Shown in pieces: positions 28,392-38,298 of a DNA stretch of 64,000 nt; within the stretch, counting starts at the first letter, position 1, and each line of letters begins with the position of its first letter. Position numbers and translations under genes: made by a program. This DNA comes from an uncultured Verrucomicrobiae bacterium. Lineage in GTDB: Bacteria > Verrucomicrobiota > Verrucomicrobiia > Chthoniobacterales > JAATET01. Under the pieces are notes generated by a model. That model was not told where the DNA came from and ran no database searches. It worked only from the letters and a program-made list of their open reading frames with translations. Location of the stretch: positions 32,001 through 96,000 of the forward strand of contig CAVRCI010000003.1 of NCBI GenBank assembly GCA_963719495.1. The letters run 5' to 3'.

Positions 28392-30341
28392 TCACAGCTT
28401 CCCCCCCTGCTGATTAAGGATCGTGGGCCAGCGGCCGAGCATGTAGACGAGGATGTTCGACGCCAGCGCGTAAGAGTTGCGGATGTTGCCGTCGTCGATG
28501 CCGCGGAAAAACTCATCCCGGTAATCCCACATGAGATTCACCCACCGCCCGCGCCCATCACTGCCGCCGATCTGGAAGGCATTGTTGACGAGCGTCATGT
28601 CGTAACGCAGGAAATTCCCGTAGGCGTTCTTCGTGAGCACCACCGACACGACCCCGGGCCGGATCTCGATCACCTCGATGGGCGACTGGTAATACTGCAT
28701 CCCGGGCGGCAGCTCCGCGAGGTCGAAGTAGGCGTCCTCGCCGCTCAGGAACGTCGTGTCACGCCCCCGCAACGGGTGAAAATCCTTGTCCACGTCGGGA
28801 ATCACGCGCCGCATCTCGCGGCGAAACGCGACGTTGAATTTCGACCCCTCGCCCGCGAAGCCCGAGTCGCCCCAGATCGCGCCGCCGCGCAACACGTATT
28901 GAAAGAGCGTGTCCACCTCCGTCTCCGTGAGCGTGAAATCGTCGTTCCCGGTGAAGTAGATGAACGGCGGCATCGGCTTCACGTCGAGCAGGTATTCGAC
29001 GAGAAAATCCGTGCTCTCCGGATTGCCCGGCTCGGGGTTCCAGATGTATCCGCGCATCGAATAAAAATCCCCGCCCGGCAGGTTCTCCCGCAGCTTCGTG
29101 CGCAGGGCCTCGCGCCCCTCCGCGTTCCACGTCATCGTCTTCGACGCCTTGTCGTAGGTGTAGGGCACCAGCTTCGGATCGAGCACCACGGCGGTCGGTT
29201 TACGCCGACCCTTGATCGCGTCGTTCGACGCCGCGCGCAGAAATTGCAGCATGTTCGACATCGCCCCCGGCGTGAATTCCCACAGCGCGCCGCGGGCATC
29301 GGTCGTCTTCCCATTCACGTCGCGATACCCCCAGCCGTAGCTGATGAACGGCCCCGTCGTCGGATCGAAGTCGGACTGCTGCTCGTAGAGTTTGTAATTC
29401 CCGTCCGAGCTGTCCGGCAGTCCGACGGCGGATTTTTCGATCTGCCGCCCATTGTCCGCCCGCCGCCAATCGAGCGCCGCGTACCAGTCGCCGGAGTGGA
29501 TGACGAAGTAGCAGGAAAATTCGTTGATCGTCTTGAGCGTTTTCCCGCGGCCCGAGATGCCGATACCGCCCTCGCCCGACCCGATCCATTCCCGCAGTCC
29601 CTTGCCCAGGCCCGATCCTTCGCCGAAGCCACTGGACACCCCGCCGCCCCCGCCGCCCACCACGCTCGAAGATGGAGCCGGCGGTCCGCCGCCCACGACC
29701 GGCGCCGCCACGCTGAACTGCAGCGGGCTCGCTTGCGCGGCCATCGTCGTGATCGCCGTGAACATCGCGTCCGTCTGCATCGCTCCCACCACCACCGACA
29801 CCTGGGGGTCGAACGTGGGCGCGCCCCCGCTCGCCGAACTGCCCGGCGGCGACGCCTCCACGGAAGGCTCCAAAAATCCGTCGTCCGTCGCCTCGAAGTC
29901 GGATTTCTCAGTCTGCAACGGTGCCAGCACGACCAGAAACAACGCCACGACCACACCCGTATGAAACAGGATCGATATGCCTATGGGGCGGGACGCCCGC
30001 AGGCGATCCACCCACCCGACGGGTGCCGCCGGCACCTCCGCGGCTCGCGCGATGAACCCACACTCGACCTCGCCGAAACTGATCCGGTCCCCCCGCCGCA
30101 ATCTCACCGGATCGACGACGCGATCCCCGTTCACCATTGTCCCATTCGTCGACCCCAGATCCTCCAGCACCACCGCGCCGTCCTCGCCCCGCGTGATCCG
30201 CGCGTGGCGCGACGAAACCGACGAATCGTCGAGCACGATGTCGTTGTCCGACGTGCGCCCGACCGTCGCCTCCCCGACTTTCAACGGGACATCCTGGGTC
30301 GGCGAATCTGGAAAATCGAAACTCAGGAAAAAATCAGCCAC
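28392..30341 (-). CDS. FHA domain + single TM (SxxxH) + P/G/S-rich linker + DUF4159-like domain protein
   Basis: VGR, SVSSRHA and DLGSTNGT (FHA); GISILFHTGVVVALF; PFIYFTG..DF.LT..E...L..Y..RGG.IWGD (DUF4159-like). Start GTG 30341 chosen from the promoter position. Confidence 0.85.
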   Translation of the reverse strand: MADFFLSFDFPDSPTQDVPLKVGEATVGRTSDNDIVLDDSSVSSRHARITRGEDGAVVLEDLGSTNGTMVNGDRVVDPVRLRRGDRISFGEVECGFIARAAEVPAAPVGWVDRLRASRPIGISILFHTGVVVALFLVVLAPLQTEKSDFEATDDGFLEPSVEASPPGSSASGGAPTFDPQVSVVVGAMQTDAMFTAITTMAAQASPLQFSVAAPVVGGGPPAPSSSVVGGGGGGVSSGFGEGSGLGKGLREWIGSGEGGIGISGRGKTLKTINEFSCYFVIHSGDWYAALDWRRADNGRQIEKSAVGLPDSSDGNYKLYEQQSDFDPTTGPFISYGWGYRDVNGKTTDARGALWEFTPGAMSNMLQFLRAASNDAIKGRRKPTAVVLDPKLVPYTYDKASKTMTWNAEGREALRTKLRENLPGGDFYSMRGYIWNPEPGNPESTDFLVEYLLDVKPMPPFIYFTGNDDFTLTETEVDTLFQYVLRGGAIWGDSGFAGEGSKFNVAFRREMRRVIPDVDKDFHPLRGRDTTFLSGEDAYFDLAELPPGMQYYQSPIEVIEIRPGVVSVVLTKNAYGNFLRYDMTLVNNAFQIGGSDGRGRWVNLMWDYRDEFFRGIDDGNIRNSYALASNILVYMLGRWPTILNQQGGKL

Positions 30342-30350
30342 GCGCCACGC

Positions 30351-30403
30351 AGAATGCACCAGACGATCCCCCGATCAAACCAACGCCGAAATGTACGCGT
30401 AGA
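30351..30403 (-). promoter_or_regulatory. Site TGTACGCGTAGA (30392-30403) plus -10 CATTCT
   Basis: The -10 begins at 30356, 36 bp from the site edge. Confidence 0.75.
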
Positions 30404-30432
30404 ACTCGCGACCTGTCACCCGGGTTCACCGC

Positions 30433-30494
30433 GTAGTAGCGGAGGTCACGACGCTTCACCCTCCGCCCAAGGGTCTCCTCACGTCGACCGCTAC
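30433..30494. repeat. GTAG...CTAC REP doublet
   Basis: GTAGTAGCGGAGGTCACGACGC ... GGGTCTCCTCACGTCGACCGCTAC; inverted homolog of 47040-47095. Confidence 0.75.
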
Positions 30495-30565
30495 GGACCA
30501 CGGCAAAGAAAAGGGCGGACCCGCAACTTGCAGGTCCGCCCGGAAGAAGGGACGCGTTCGCCTGA

Positions 30566-31417
30566 TCAGCTCTCGCGCCGACGGCGGCGCTGGAGAGCGA
30601 TGATTCCCATCCCGCCAGCCACAAATAGTGCGACCGAGCCAGGCTCGGGAACCGCCACGATGTCACCGAAATCCTTGGTGAAGCGAACTTCGTCCCAAGT
30701 GTATCCTCCGCCGGTGTCACCGCCGTAGTAGGCCTCGTCAATCGCGTTTCCACTGCCGTCACGAGCAAACTTCGAATCCAAAATCGACCCATCCGCGGTG
30801 CCCAGGTTGGTCAGGTCGGGATTGAACCAAAACTCGATCTGCGTATCACTCGGACTTGCGCCCGTCCCCTTGGTCACCTTGGCGAGAAATCCAACGGTGC
30901 TGCCGACCGTGTAAGCCCCACCGGACACCTCCACCACCTGATTGCCGCCGGACGTCTGCCACGCCTTCGCATAAATATTCGTATCCGTGAAACCAAAGCC
31001 GAGGATGTTGACGACGCTACCACCCTCCAAACGCATCTCGGTGAACCCGCCCGCCGTGAGCGCAGTATCGATCCGGCCCAGCGTGAACATCCAGTAAACC
31101 TCTCCGTCGGGGTCGCTGGAGAAATCGTAGGACGTCGTCTGCGAGGCGGAGCGGGAACCGGCGGAAGCAAAATCATACACCAACGCACCGCCGCTCGGCG
31201 CGCTCAGGTCGGAATAGGTCAATCCGCTCGAGGGCTCATAGGAAATCGTTCCGGTGTTGTCCGACCAGCCGTCACCCGAGAGATCGTCCTGAAAGTCCAA
31301 CGGACTCGCGCCGTAGTCGAACGATTGATCGTAGATGGGCACCGCGAAGGCTGCGGACGAAACGACGGTCACCAAGCTGGCGGCGATGAGCAGTGGGGAG
31401 GCTTTGCGGGATTTCAT
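30566..31417 (-). CDS. PEP-CTERM surface protein
   Basis: Signal peptide; WDEVRF; C-terminal VPEPGSVALFVAGGMGIIALQRRRRRES. Confidence 0.93.
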   Translation of the reverse strand: MKSRKASPLLIAASLVTVVSSAAFAVPIYDQSFDYGASPLDFQDDLSGDGWSDNTGTISYEPSSGLTYSDLSAPSGGALVYDFASAGSRSASQTTSYDFSSDPDGEVYWMFTLGRIDTALTAGGFTEMRLEGGSVVNILGFGFTDTNIYAKAWQTSGGNQVVEVSGGAYTVGSTVGFLAKVTKGTGASPSDTQIEFWFNPDLTNLGTADGSILDSKFARDGSGNAIDEAYYGGDTGGGYTWDEVRFTKDFGDIVAVPEPGSVALFVAGGMGIIALQRRRRRES

Positions 31418-31475
31418 TGCCGCAAATATTCGCCCGGAAAACCATCAAGGCAACTCCAACCAGGAAAACCTGGAG

Positions 31476-31528
31476 TTTACACGTAAATATTCAGAGCCCT
31501 TGGTGGGGAGTCCCGGTCGATGCACGGT
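31476..31528 (+). promoter_or_regulatory. Site TTTACACGTAAA (31476-31487) in a divergent intergenic region, plus promoter
   Basis: TTGGTG(31500)-N17-CACGGT(31523). Confidence 0.8.
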
Positions 31529-31534
31529 GACCTC

Positions 31535-33094
31535 GTGCCTTCCACCGACTCCCTCCATTACCACCAGCCACCGTCCGAAAACCTTGCCCTCACGCTCGAC
31601 GTCGACCTCTGCATTTACGGCGGCAATTCCGGCGGCGTGATCGCCGCTCTCGCCGCCACCCGACGCGGCCTTCGCGTCGCGCTCCTCGAGCCGGGCCGAC
31701 ACCTGGGCGGACTCACGGCAGGCGGACTCACCTTCACCGACATCGGCAACAAACACGCCATCGGCGGACTCTCGCGCGAGTTCTACCGACGCGTCGGACG
31801 ACACTACGACCGCGAGGAATTCTGGACCTTCGAGCCGCACGTCGCCGAGACCGTTTTCCGCGACTGGCTCGCGGAGGCCGGGATCACCTGTCACTTCGGC
31901 AGCTTCCTCGACTCGGTCGAGATGGACGCCGACCGCATCCGGCGGATCACCACCGAGAATGGCATCATCGTCTCGGCCCGGATGTTCATCGACGCCAGCT
32001 ACGAGGGCGACCTCCTCGCCCGGGCCGGAGTGAGTCACACGGTCGGACGCGAGTCGAACGCGACCCACGGCGAGACGTGGAATGGCTCGCAAGTGATGGA
32101 GCACCATCAGTTCGATCTTCCGGTCGATCCCTACCGCGTCGAGGGCGACCCGGACAGCGGCCTGCTGCCCGGCATTGACGCCGAACCCCACGTCGCCGGA
32201 GCGGGCGACACCCGCGTGCAGGCCTACAATTTCCGCCTCTGCCTCACCGACGACGATGCCAACCGCATCCCGTTCACCGAACCAGCCGACTACCGCCGGG
32301 AGGATTACGAACTCCTCGCGCGCTACTGCCGGGCGGGCCACGTGCCGCAATTCGCCAAATTCGACCGCCTCGTCAACGGCAAGGCCGACACGAACAACCA
32401 CGGCGCGGTCTCGACGGATTTCATCGGCGCGAATCACGCGTTCCCCACCGCCGACTACGCCGAGCGCGAGCACATCTTTCAGGCGCACGTCGCGTGGACG
32501 CTCGGGCTGCTGTGGTTCTGGACCAGCGACCCCGCGGTGCCGGCGGCCTTTCAGGAACCCTTCCGCCGCTGGGGCTGGTGCCGGGACGAATTCGTCGCGA
32601 CCGGCGGGTTTTCCCACGCGCTCTACGTCCGCGAAGCGCGCCGTCTCGTCGGCGACGTCGTCATGACCGAGCACCACTGCACCGGTGCGGAGACGGTCGA
32701 CGACGCCATCGCGCTCGCCGCCTACACGATGGATTCCCACAATTGCCGCCGCGTCGTCGTCGACGGCGTCGTGCGCAACGAAGGCAACGTCGAAGTCGCC
32801 TCCGGTCCTCCCTACCCGATTTCCTACCGCGCCATCGTCCCGAAACGCGGCGAGTGCGGCAACCTGCTCATTCCCTTCTGCCTCTCGGCTTCCCACATCG
32901 CCTTCGGCTCCATCCGCATGGAACCCGTCTTCATGATCCTCGCCGAATCCGCCGTCGAGGCCGCCGCCCTCGCGCTCGAACACGACGTCGCGGTGCAGTC
33001 CGTCCCCTACCCCACGCTCCGCGAGCGCCTCCTGACTGCGGGCCAAATCCTCGACGCCGTCCCCGACGTCAAGGACCGCCAATCCGGCGAATAA
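31535..33094 (+). CDS. FAD-dependent oxidoreductase (FAD_oxidored family)
   Basis: DLCIYGGNSGG..AA, LGGLTAGGL, FIDASYEGDLLA, LYVREARR, SIRMEPVFM; start GTG 31535 or ATG 31520. Confidence 0.9.
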   Translation: MPSTDSLHYHQPPSENLALTLDVDLCIYGGNSGGVIAALAATRRGLRVALLEPGRHLGGLTAGGLTFTDIGNKHAIGGLSREFYRRVGRHYDREEFWTFEPHVAETVFRDWLAEAGITCHFGSFLDSVEMDADRIRRITTENGIIVSARMFIDASYEGDLLARAGVSHTVGRESNATHGETWNGSQVMEHHQFDLPVDPYRVEGDPDSGLLPGIDAEPHVAGAGDTRVQAYNFRLCLTDDDANRIPFTEPADYRREDYELLARYCRAGHVPQFAKFDRLVNGKADTNNHGAVSTDFIGANHAFPTADYAEREHIFQAHVAWTLGLLWFWTSDPAVPAAFQEPFRRWGWCRDEFVATGGFSHALYVREARRLVGDVVMTEHHCTGAETVDDAIALAAYTMDSHNCRRVVVDGVVRNEGNVEVASGPPYPISYRAIVPKRGECGNLLIPFCLSASHIAFGSIRMEPVFMILAESAVEAAALALEHDVAVQSVPYPTLRERLLTAGQILDAVPDVKDRQSGE

Positions 33095-33158
33095 TTGATC
33101 ACCCCATCTTTGCGCTCTCTGCGTTCTCTCGCGGCAAAATCGATCCCGCACCCCGCAA

Positions 33159-33222
33159 TCTACGCGTAAACCCACCGCCCCACGCTCCCCGCCTTTACGC
33201 GCCCCGCCCGCGCCTCCACGAT
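33159..33222 (+). promoter_or_regulatory. Site TCTACGCGTAAA (33159-33170) plus promoter
   Basis: TTTACG(33194)-N17-CACGAT(33217), 47 bp from the site. Confidence 0.78.
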
Positions 33223-33241
33223 ACCGCCCCACCCCAGCACC

Positions 33242-35434
33242 ATGACCAGCCTCACCCTCCTCGGCCTCCCCCTGCTCGATATCATCGTGATCATCGCCTA
33301 CTTCGCGGTCGTCGTGTGGATCGGCTTCCGCGCCATGCGGCACGTCCACACCTCCGAGGATTACTTCCTGGCGGGCCGAAAATTCGGGAAGACGATCCAG
33401 ACCTTCGCCGCCTTCGGTCAGGGCACGAGCGCGGAGTCCGCCGTCGGCACCACCACGATGGTCAGCACCAACGGCGCCGCCGGCATCGGCTTCGGACTCG
33501 TGAGCGGCATCGTCGCCATGCCCGTCTTCTGGATGACCACGATGTGGTATCGCCGGCTGCGCTACCTGAGCCTCGCGGAGTTTTTCAACGAGCGCTACGG
33601 CTCGCGCGCGATGGCCGGATTCTACGCGCTCACGCAGACGTTCATGTTCATGATCATGGCCGCCGTCGGCTTCACGGCCATGAGCAAGACCATCGCCGCC
33701 ATCGCCGAGAAACCCGTCGCCGCCCTCTCCCAGGCCGAAACCGCCGAACGCGCCCTCGCGCTCGAATACCAAACCCTGCGCGACACCGATTACCGCCTGC
33801 TCTCCGCACCCGAACGCGAGCGTCTGGACGATCTCGCCGAGGCCGCCCCGGCGCGCAACTTTTCCTACGTCAACCGCACCTGGCTCACCGTCTGTCTCGC
33901 CGTCATCGTCCTGCTCTACGCCGTCACCGGCGGCCTCGAAGCCGCGTTCCTGACGGACATGATCCAGGGCATTTTCATCATCCTGCTCACCCTCATGCTC
34001 ATTCCCTTCGCGATGGCGAAGATCAACGTGATGTACGACGTCACCGGCGTCCTCGGGACGTTCCAGGCCTTCCACGCCAACCTGCCCGAGGCCTTTTTCA
34101 AGGTGCTCGGCTCGCCGAACGTGCCGCAGTTCACCTGGTATTTCATTTTCGCCTACGGCCTGCTCTTCGTCGCGAACACCGGCGTCCAAGCCAACCAACT
34201 CACCGCCGCCGGCTCGGCCAAGGACGACGAGACCGCGCGCTTCGGCTTCCTGAGCGGCATTTTCATCAAACGCTATTGCACGGTCATCTGGGGATTCATC
34301 GCGATGATGACGCTCCTCCTCTACGGCAACAAAGTCTCCGATCCCGACTACGTGTGGGGAATGGCCACCCGCGAACTCCTCCCGACCGGCCTCGTCGGTC
34401 TCATGATCGCCTGCCTCATGGCCGCGCTCATGTCCACGGCGGACGCGCTCATGCTGACCGTCTCCTCCCTGCTGACCAACAGCGTTTACCGCCCGCTCGT
34501 TCCGGGAAAAACCGAGAGCCACTACGTGCTCGCGGGCCGCATTTTCTGTCTCGCCTACATCGTCGGCGGCGTCGCCATCGCGTTCGCCCTCGACGACATT
34601 CTCACGCTCCTTCTCTTCATGATCGGGTTCAATTCCATCATCGCGGCCACCTTCTGGCTGGGCATGATCTGGCGTCGGGCCACGCGCACCGCCGCGTGGG
34701 TCTCCATCGGCATCACGTTTCTCTTCACACTCGCGCTCCCGATCCTGGTCCCGCTCATCCCCGGCGTCCGCTCGAATCCCGACCTCGCCCGCAAAACCGA
34801 AGGCTACGCCATCGAGCGCACCTACACCGCCAAGGCGCTCGACGTCACGCGCCGCGCCGAGGAGATCGCCGTCTGGGACGCGCTCGCCGCCCGCGGCGAA
34901 TCCGACGGCACGCGCCCCGCGCCACTCGTCGAGGGCGAGTCGTTCCAACGCAGCGACTACGTGGCACCGCAGAGCATCTTCTGGCAGACCGGCGTCACCC
35001 GCGACGACGCGGGCAACCCGGTGGGCGGGGGCCTGCTCAAGGTCGAACTCCTCGCCGCCCAGTGGCTCGGCTTCGACCTCACCCGCCACCGCCAATCGCT
35101 CAACGAAACCCTCGCCGCCCTCCTCCGCATCGCCATCCCCTTCGGCGTCATCCTCGTCGTTTCGCTCTTCACCACCCGCGAAGACACCCGCCGCCTCGAC
35201 TTCTTCTACGCCCGCCTGCGCACCCCCGCCTACGCCGACCACGCCGCCGACGACATCGAAGTCGAACGCGTCCGTGCCAATCCCGCGCTGCGCGACGACC
35301 TGAAGCTGTTCCCGGGATCGGACTGGGAATTCCGCAAATGGCACCGCGCCGACTGGATCGGTCAGGCCTGGGTCTGCGCCGGTGCCGCCGGTCTCTTCGT
35401 CCTGCTCTACCTCCTCGTCACGGTCGGAAGATGA
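33242..35434 (+). CDS. Sodium:solute symporter family protein
   Basis: EDYFLAGRKFG, EFFNERYGS, GGLEAAFLTD.IQG and LMAALMST motifs; many TMs. Confidence 0.93.
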   Translation: MTSLTLLGLPLLDIIVIIAYFAVVVWIGFRAMRHVHTSEDYFLAGRKFGKTIQTFAAFGQGTSAESAVGTTTMVSTNGAAGIGFGLVSGIVAMPVFWMTTMWYRRLRYLSLAEFFNERYGSRAMAGFYALTQTFMFMIMAAVGFTAMSKTIAAIAEKPVAALSQAETAERALALEYQTLRDTDYRLLSAPERERLDDLAEAAPARNFSYVNRTWLTVCLAVIVLLYAVTGGLEAAFLTDMIQGIFIILLTLMLIPFAMAKINVMYDVTGVLGTFQAFHANLPEAFFKVLGSPNVPQFTWYFIFAYGLLFVANTGVQANQLTAAGSAKDDETARFGFLSGIFIKRYCTVIWGFIAMMTLLLYGNKVSDPDYVWGMATRELLPTGLVGLMIACLMAALMSTADALMLTVSSLLTNSVYRPLVPGKTESHYVLAGRIFCLAYIVGGVAIAFALDDILTLLLFMIGFNSIIAATFWLGMIWRRATRTAAWVSIGITFLFTLALPILVPLIPGVRSNPDLARKTEGYAIERTYTAKALDVTRRAEEIAVWDALAARGESDGTRPAPLVEGESFQRSDYVAPQSIFWQTGVTRDDAGNPVGGGLLKVELLAAQWLGFDLTRHRQSLNETLAALLRIAIPFGVILVVSLFTTREDTRRLDFFYARLRTPAYADHAADDIEVERVRANPALRDDLKLFPGSDWEFRKWHRADWIGQAWVCAGAAGLFVLLYLLVTVGR

Positions 35435-36774
35435 GATCCCAACGCAACCCCGTCCTCACGTCCGTCGTTCTCGCCTCTCTTCTGACCGCCCCCCTCGCCG
35501 TGAGCGCCCCGCCGCCCGAACCCCAATCCGATCCCGGCATCACCGACGAGTCGCTCGTTCCCGATTACACCCTCCCCGACCCGCTCGTCCTCGCCGACGG
35601 CACCCGCGTCCGCGACGCCGAATCGTGGCGCACGCAACGCCGCCCGGAGATTCTGCGCCTCTTCGAGACGCACGTTTACGGGCGCACGCCCACGCGCAAG
35701 TTGGACTCGACGGTCAGCGAGACCACGTCGCTCGACGAGCACACCCTCGGCGGCATCGCGACGCGCCGGGAAGTCACCGTGCGCTTCACCGACGAACCCG
35801 ACGGCCCCCGGATGAACCTCCTCATCTACACACCCAACGCCGCAGCCGGACCGGTGCCCGCCTTCCTCGGCCTCAATTTCGACGGTAACCAGACCACCCA
35901 GACCGATCCCGACATCGCCCTCCCGACCGCCTGGCTGCGCGATAATCCTGAGAAGGGAATCGTCGACCACCGGGCGACCGAGGCCTCCCGCGGCATCAAG
36001 ACCGAACGCTGGCCCGCCGAAGCGATCCTCCGTCGCGGCTACGCGCTCGTCACCATCTACTGCGGGGACTTCGACCCCGACCGCGACGATTTCTCCGACG
36101 GCGTCCACCCCCTCTTCTACGCCCCCGGCCAGACGCGCCCCGCGGCGGACGAATGGGGCACCCTCGGCGCGTGGGCCTGGGGCCTGAGCCGCGCCCTCGA
36201 TTACCTCGGGACCGACCCCGCCATCGACGCCACCCGCGTCGCCGTCGTCGGACACTCCCGCCTCGGCAAGGCCGCGCTCTGGGCGGGTGTCCAGGACGAA
36301 CGCTTCGCACTCGTCATCTCGAACGACTCCGGTTGCGGCGGAGCCGCCCTCAGCCGCCGCCGCTTCGGCGAGACGGTCGCCGTGATCAATCGCAAATTCC
36401 CCCACTGGTTCTGCGCCAATTTCAAAAACTACAACGACAACGAAGCCGCCCTCCCCGTCGATCAGCACCAACTCATTGCCCTCATCGCCCCCCGCCCCGC
36501 CTACGTCGCCAGCGCGGCCAACGATCTCTACGCCGACCCGACGGGCGAATTCCTCGCCGCCCGCCACGCCGATCCTGTCTATGCCCTTTTCGACCGAACC
36601 GGCGTCGGCGTCGACGCCCCCCCGCCCGTCGACCAACCCGTCGGCGACACCATCGGCTACCACCGCCGCACCGGTGACCACGACATCACCGGCACCGACT
36701 GGGACCACTTTCTCGATTTCGCCGACCGGCACCTCGCTCCGAAAATTCAAGTCAGACAGGATTTACAGGATTAA
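35431..36774 (+). CDS. Carbohydrate esterase, CE15/glucuronoyl esterase-like
   Basis: ATG overlaps the symporter stop; signal peptide; AWAWGLSRALDYL, GHSRLGK, LPVDQH.LIALIAPRP. Confidence 0.9.
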   Translation: MRSQRNPVLTSVVLASLLTAPLAVSAPPPEPQSDPGITDESLVPDYTLPDPLVLADGTRVRDAESWRTQRRPEILRLFETHVYGRTPTRKLDSTVSETTSLDEHTLGGIATRREVTVRFTDEPDGPRMNLLIYTPNAAAGPVPAFLGLNFDGNQTTQTDPDIALPTAWLRDNPEKGIVDHRATEASRGIKTERWPAEAILRRGYALVTIYCGDFDPDRDDFSDGVHPLFYAPGQTRPAADEWGTLGAWAWGLSRALDYLGTDPAIDATRVAVVGHSRLGKAALWAGVQDERFALVISNDSGCGGAALSRRRFGETVAVINRKFPHWFCANFKNYNDNEAALPVDQHQLIALIAPRPAYVASAANDLYADPTGEFLAARHADPVYALFDRTGVGVDAPPPVDQPVGDTIGYHRRTGDHDITGTDWDHFLDFADRHLAPKIQVRQDLQD

Positions 36775-36848
36775 CAGGATGGTGAGAAATGACCGAGGCG
36801 GGAGACATGGTGGAAATTCAAATCCTGAAAATCCTGTTAATCCTGTCT
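36754..36848. repeat. Inverted pair of 3 x 9-bp ACAGGATTW repeats
   Basis: AGACAGGATTTACAGGATTAACAGGAT ... ATCCTGAAAATCCTGTTAATCCTGTCT; contains the esterase stop codon. Confidence 0.8.
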
Positions 36849-36865
36849 TATTCACACCTCCCCGT

Positions 36866-38164
36866 ATGACAGACCTCGCCCAATCGCTCGCCGCCGCCGC
36901 GACCAATCCCGCCCAGACAACCGCCCTCCTCCAGGCCGCCATCGACGCCGCCGCCTCCACCGCCGGCGTCGTCACCGTCCCGCCGGGCCGTCACGTCATT
37001 CGCACCCTCTTCCTCCGCAACGGCGTCACGCTCGAACTCGCGCTCGGCGCCACCCTGCTCCCCGACACCGACCTCGACGCCTATCCGGTTCTCCAAGCCG
37101 GACACAACCAGGACCGCCAACCTTTCCACCTCCTCGTCGCCGACGGCATCGAGGACTTCGTCATTCGCGGCCCCGGCACCATCGACGGCTGCGGAATGAG
37201 TTTTTGGGATGAACCTCTCCCCGGCAGCCCATGGTATCGCGCCAAAACCCGCCGGATCAGCCCGCTCGTCGAAATCCGCAACTGCCGCAACGTCCGCCTC
37301 GAGAATTTCGCCATCCGCGACAGCCCCGGCTGGACCGTCCACTGCCTCGACTGCGACCACGTGCGCATCGAGGGCCTCGTCATCGACAACCACCTCTATG
37401 GCCCCAACACCGACGGCCTCGACATCAACGGCTGCCGCCACGTCTTTATCTCGAACTGCCGCATCCACGGCTGCGACGACAACATCATCCTCAAAGCCAC
37501 CGCCGACGCGCGCTCCTGCGAGCACATCGTCGTCACCAACTGCATCCTCGAATCGACCTGCGCCGCCCTCGGCCTCGGCGCCGAGACCCGGTCCTCCATC
37601 CGCCACGTCGCCATCAGCAACTGCACCGTCCTCAACAGCATCCGCATGATCCAGATCATCATGTGGGACGGCGGCACCGTCGAAAACGTCGTTATCTCCA
37701 ACGTCACCGGACGAGCCATGACCACCATCGGCACCGACCGCGCCATCCACCTCGACATCCAGCAGCACCACGGCGAAAACCCCGAACTTGGGACGATGCG
37801 CAACGTCCAGATCAGCAACGTCGTCTGCGAGACCCGCGGCCGCATCCTCCTCACCGCCCAGGACGGCGCGTTTCTCGAAAACATCACCCTCCGCGACGTC
37901 CGCCTCATCTATCCCGAAGTCGAAGACCCCACCCGCACCGTCGCCGCCAGCACCAGTCAGCAACTATCGAACTTCTCCCCCGAAGCCCGCCTCGCCCGCG
38001 CCGCCGTCGTCGCCGACAACGTGAAAAACCTCGTCCTCGCCCACGTCGCCGCCACCTGGCCGCAGGATCGCTCCAAAATCGAGACCCCCATGCGCGGCCT
38101 CTGGACCCGCAACGTCCCCGGCGCCATCATCGACTGCCCCCACCTCGCCCCCAGCGACGGGTAG
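36866..38164 (+). CDS. GH28-related glycoside hydrolase, no signal peptide
   Basis: GPGTIDG, SPGWTVH, NTDGLDI and CDDNI.LK motifs. Confidence 0.88.
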   Translation: MTDLAQSLAAAATNPAQTTALLQAAIDAAASTAGVVTVPPGRHVIRTLFLRNGVTLELALGATLLPDTDLDAYPVLQAGHNQDRQPFHLLVADGIEDFVIRGPGTIDGCGMSFWDEPLPGSPWYRAKTRRISPLVEIRNCRNVRLENFAIRDSPGWTVHCLDCDHVRIEGLVIDNHLYGPNTDGLDINGCRHVFISNCRIHGCDDNIILKATADARSCEHIVVTNCILESTCAALGLGAETRSSIRHVAISNCTVLNSIRMIQIIMWDGGTVENVVISNVTGRAMTTIGTDRAIHLDIQQHHGENPELGTMRNVQISNVVCETRGRILLTAQDGAFLENITLRDVRLIYPEVEDPTRTVAASTSQQLSNFSPEARLARAAVVADNVKNLVLAHVAATWPQDRSKIETPMRGLWTRNVPGAIIDCPHLAPSDG

Positions 38165-38298
38165 GGCGCGAAATCCTTTCGCGCCCACTTCTTCTCCCAA
38201 GAGTTGCCATTCGCGGCGACCGCCCAAGCGTCAGCAAAGCGGCACGGATCGCAGATACCGTTGATCACGGACAATAGGTCTGGACCCATCGGCAAGAT

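Noticed and set aside
32494..35430. 1426-aa ORF as a single protein
   Set aside because: The Arg/Pro-rich front is an off-frame read of the oxidoreductase and symporter. Only 35431..36774 is a real gene. The same applies to 60756..61775.
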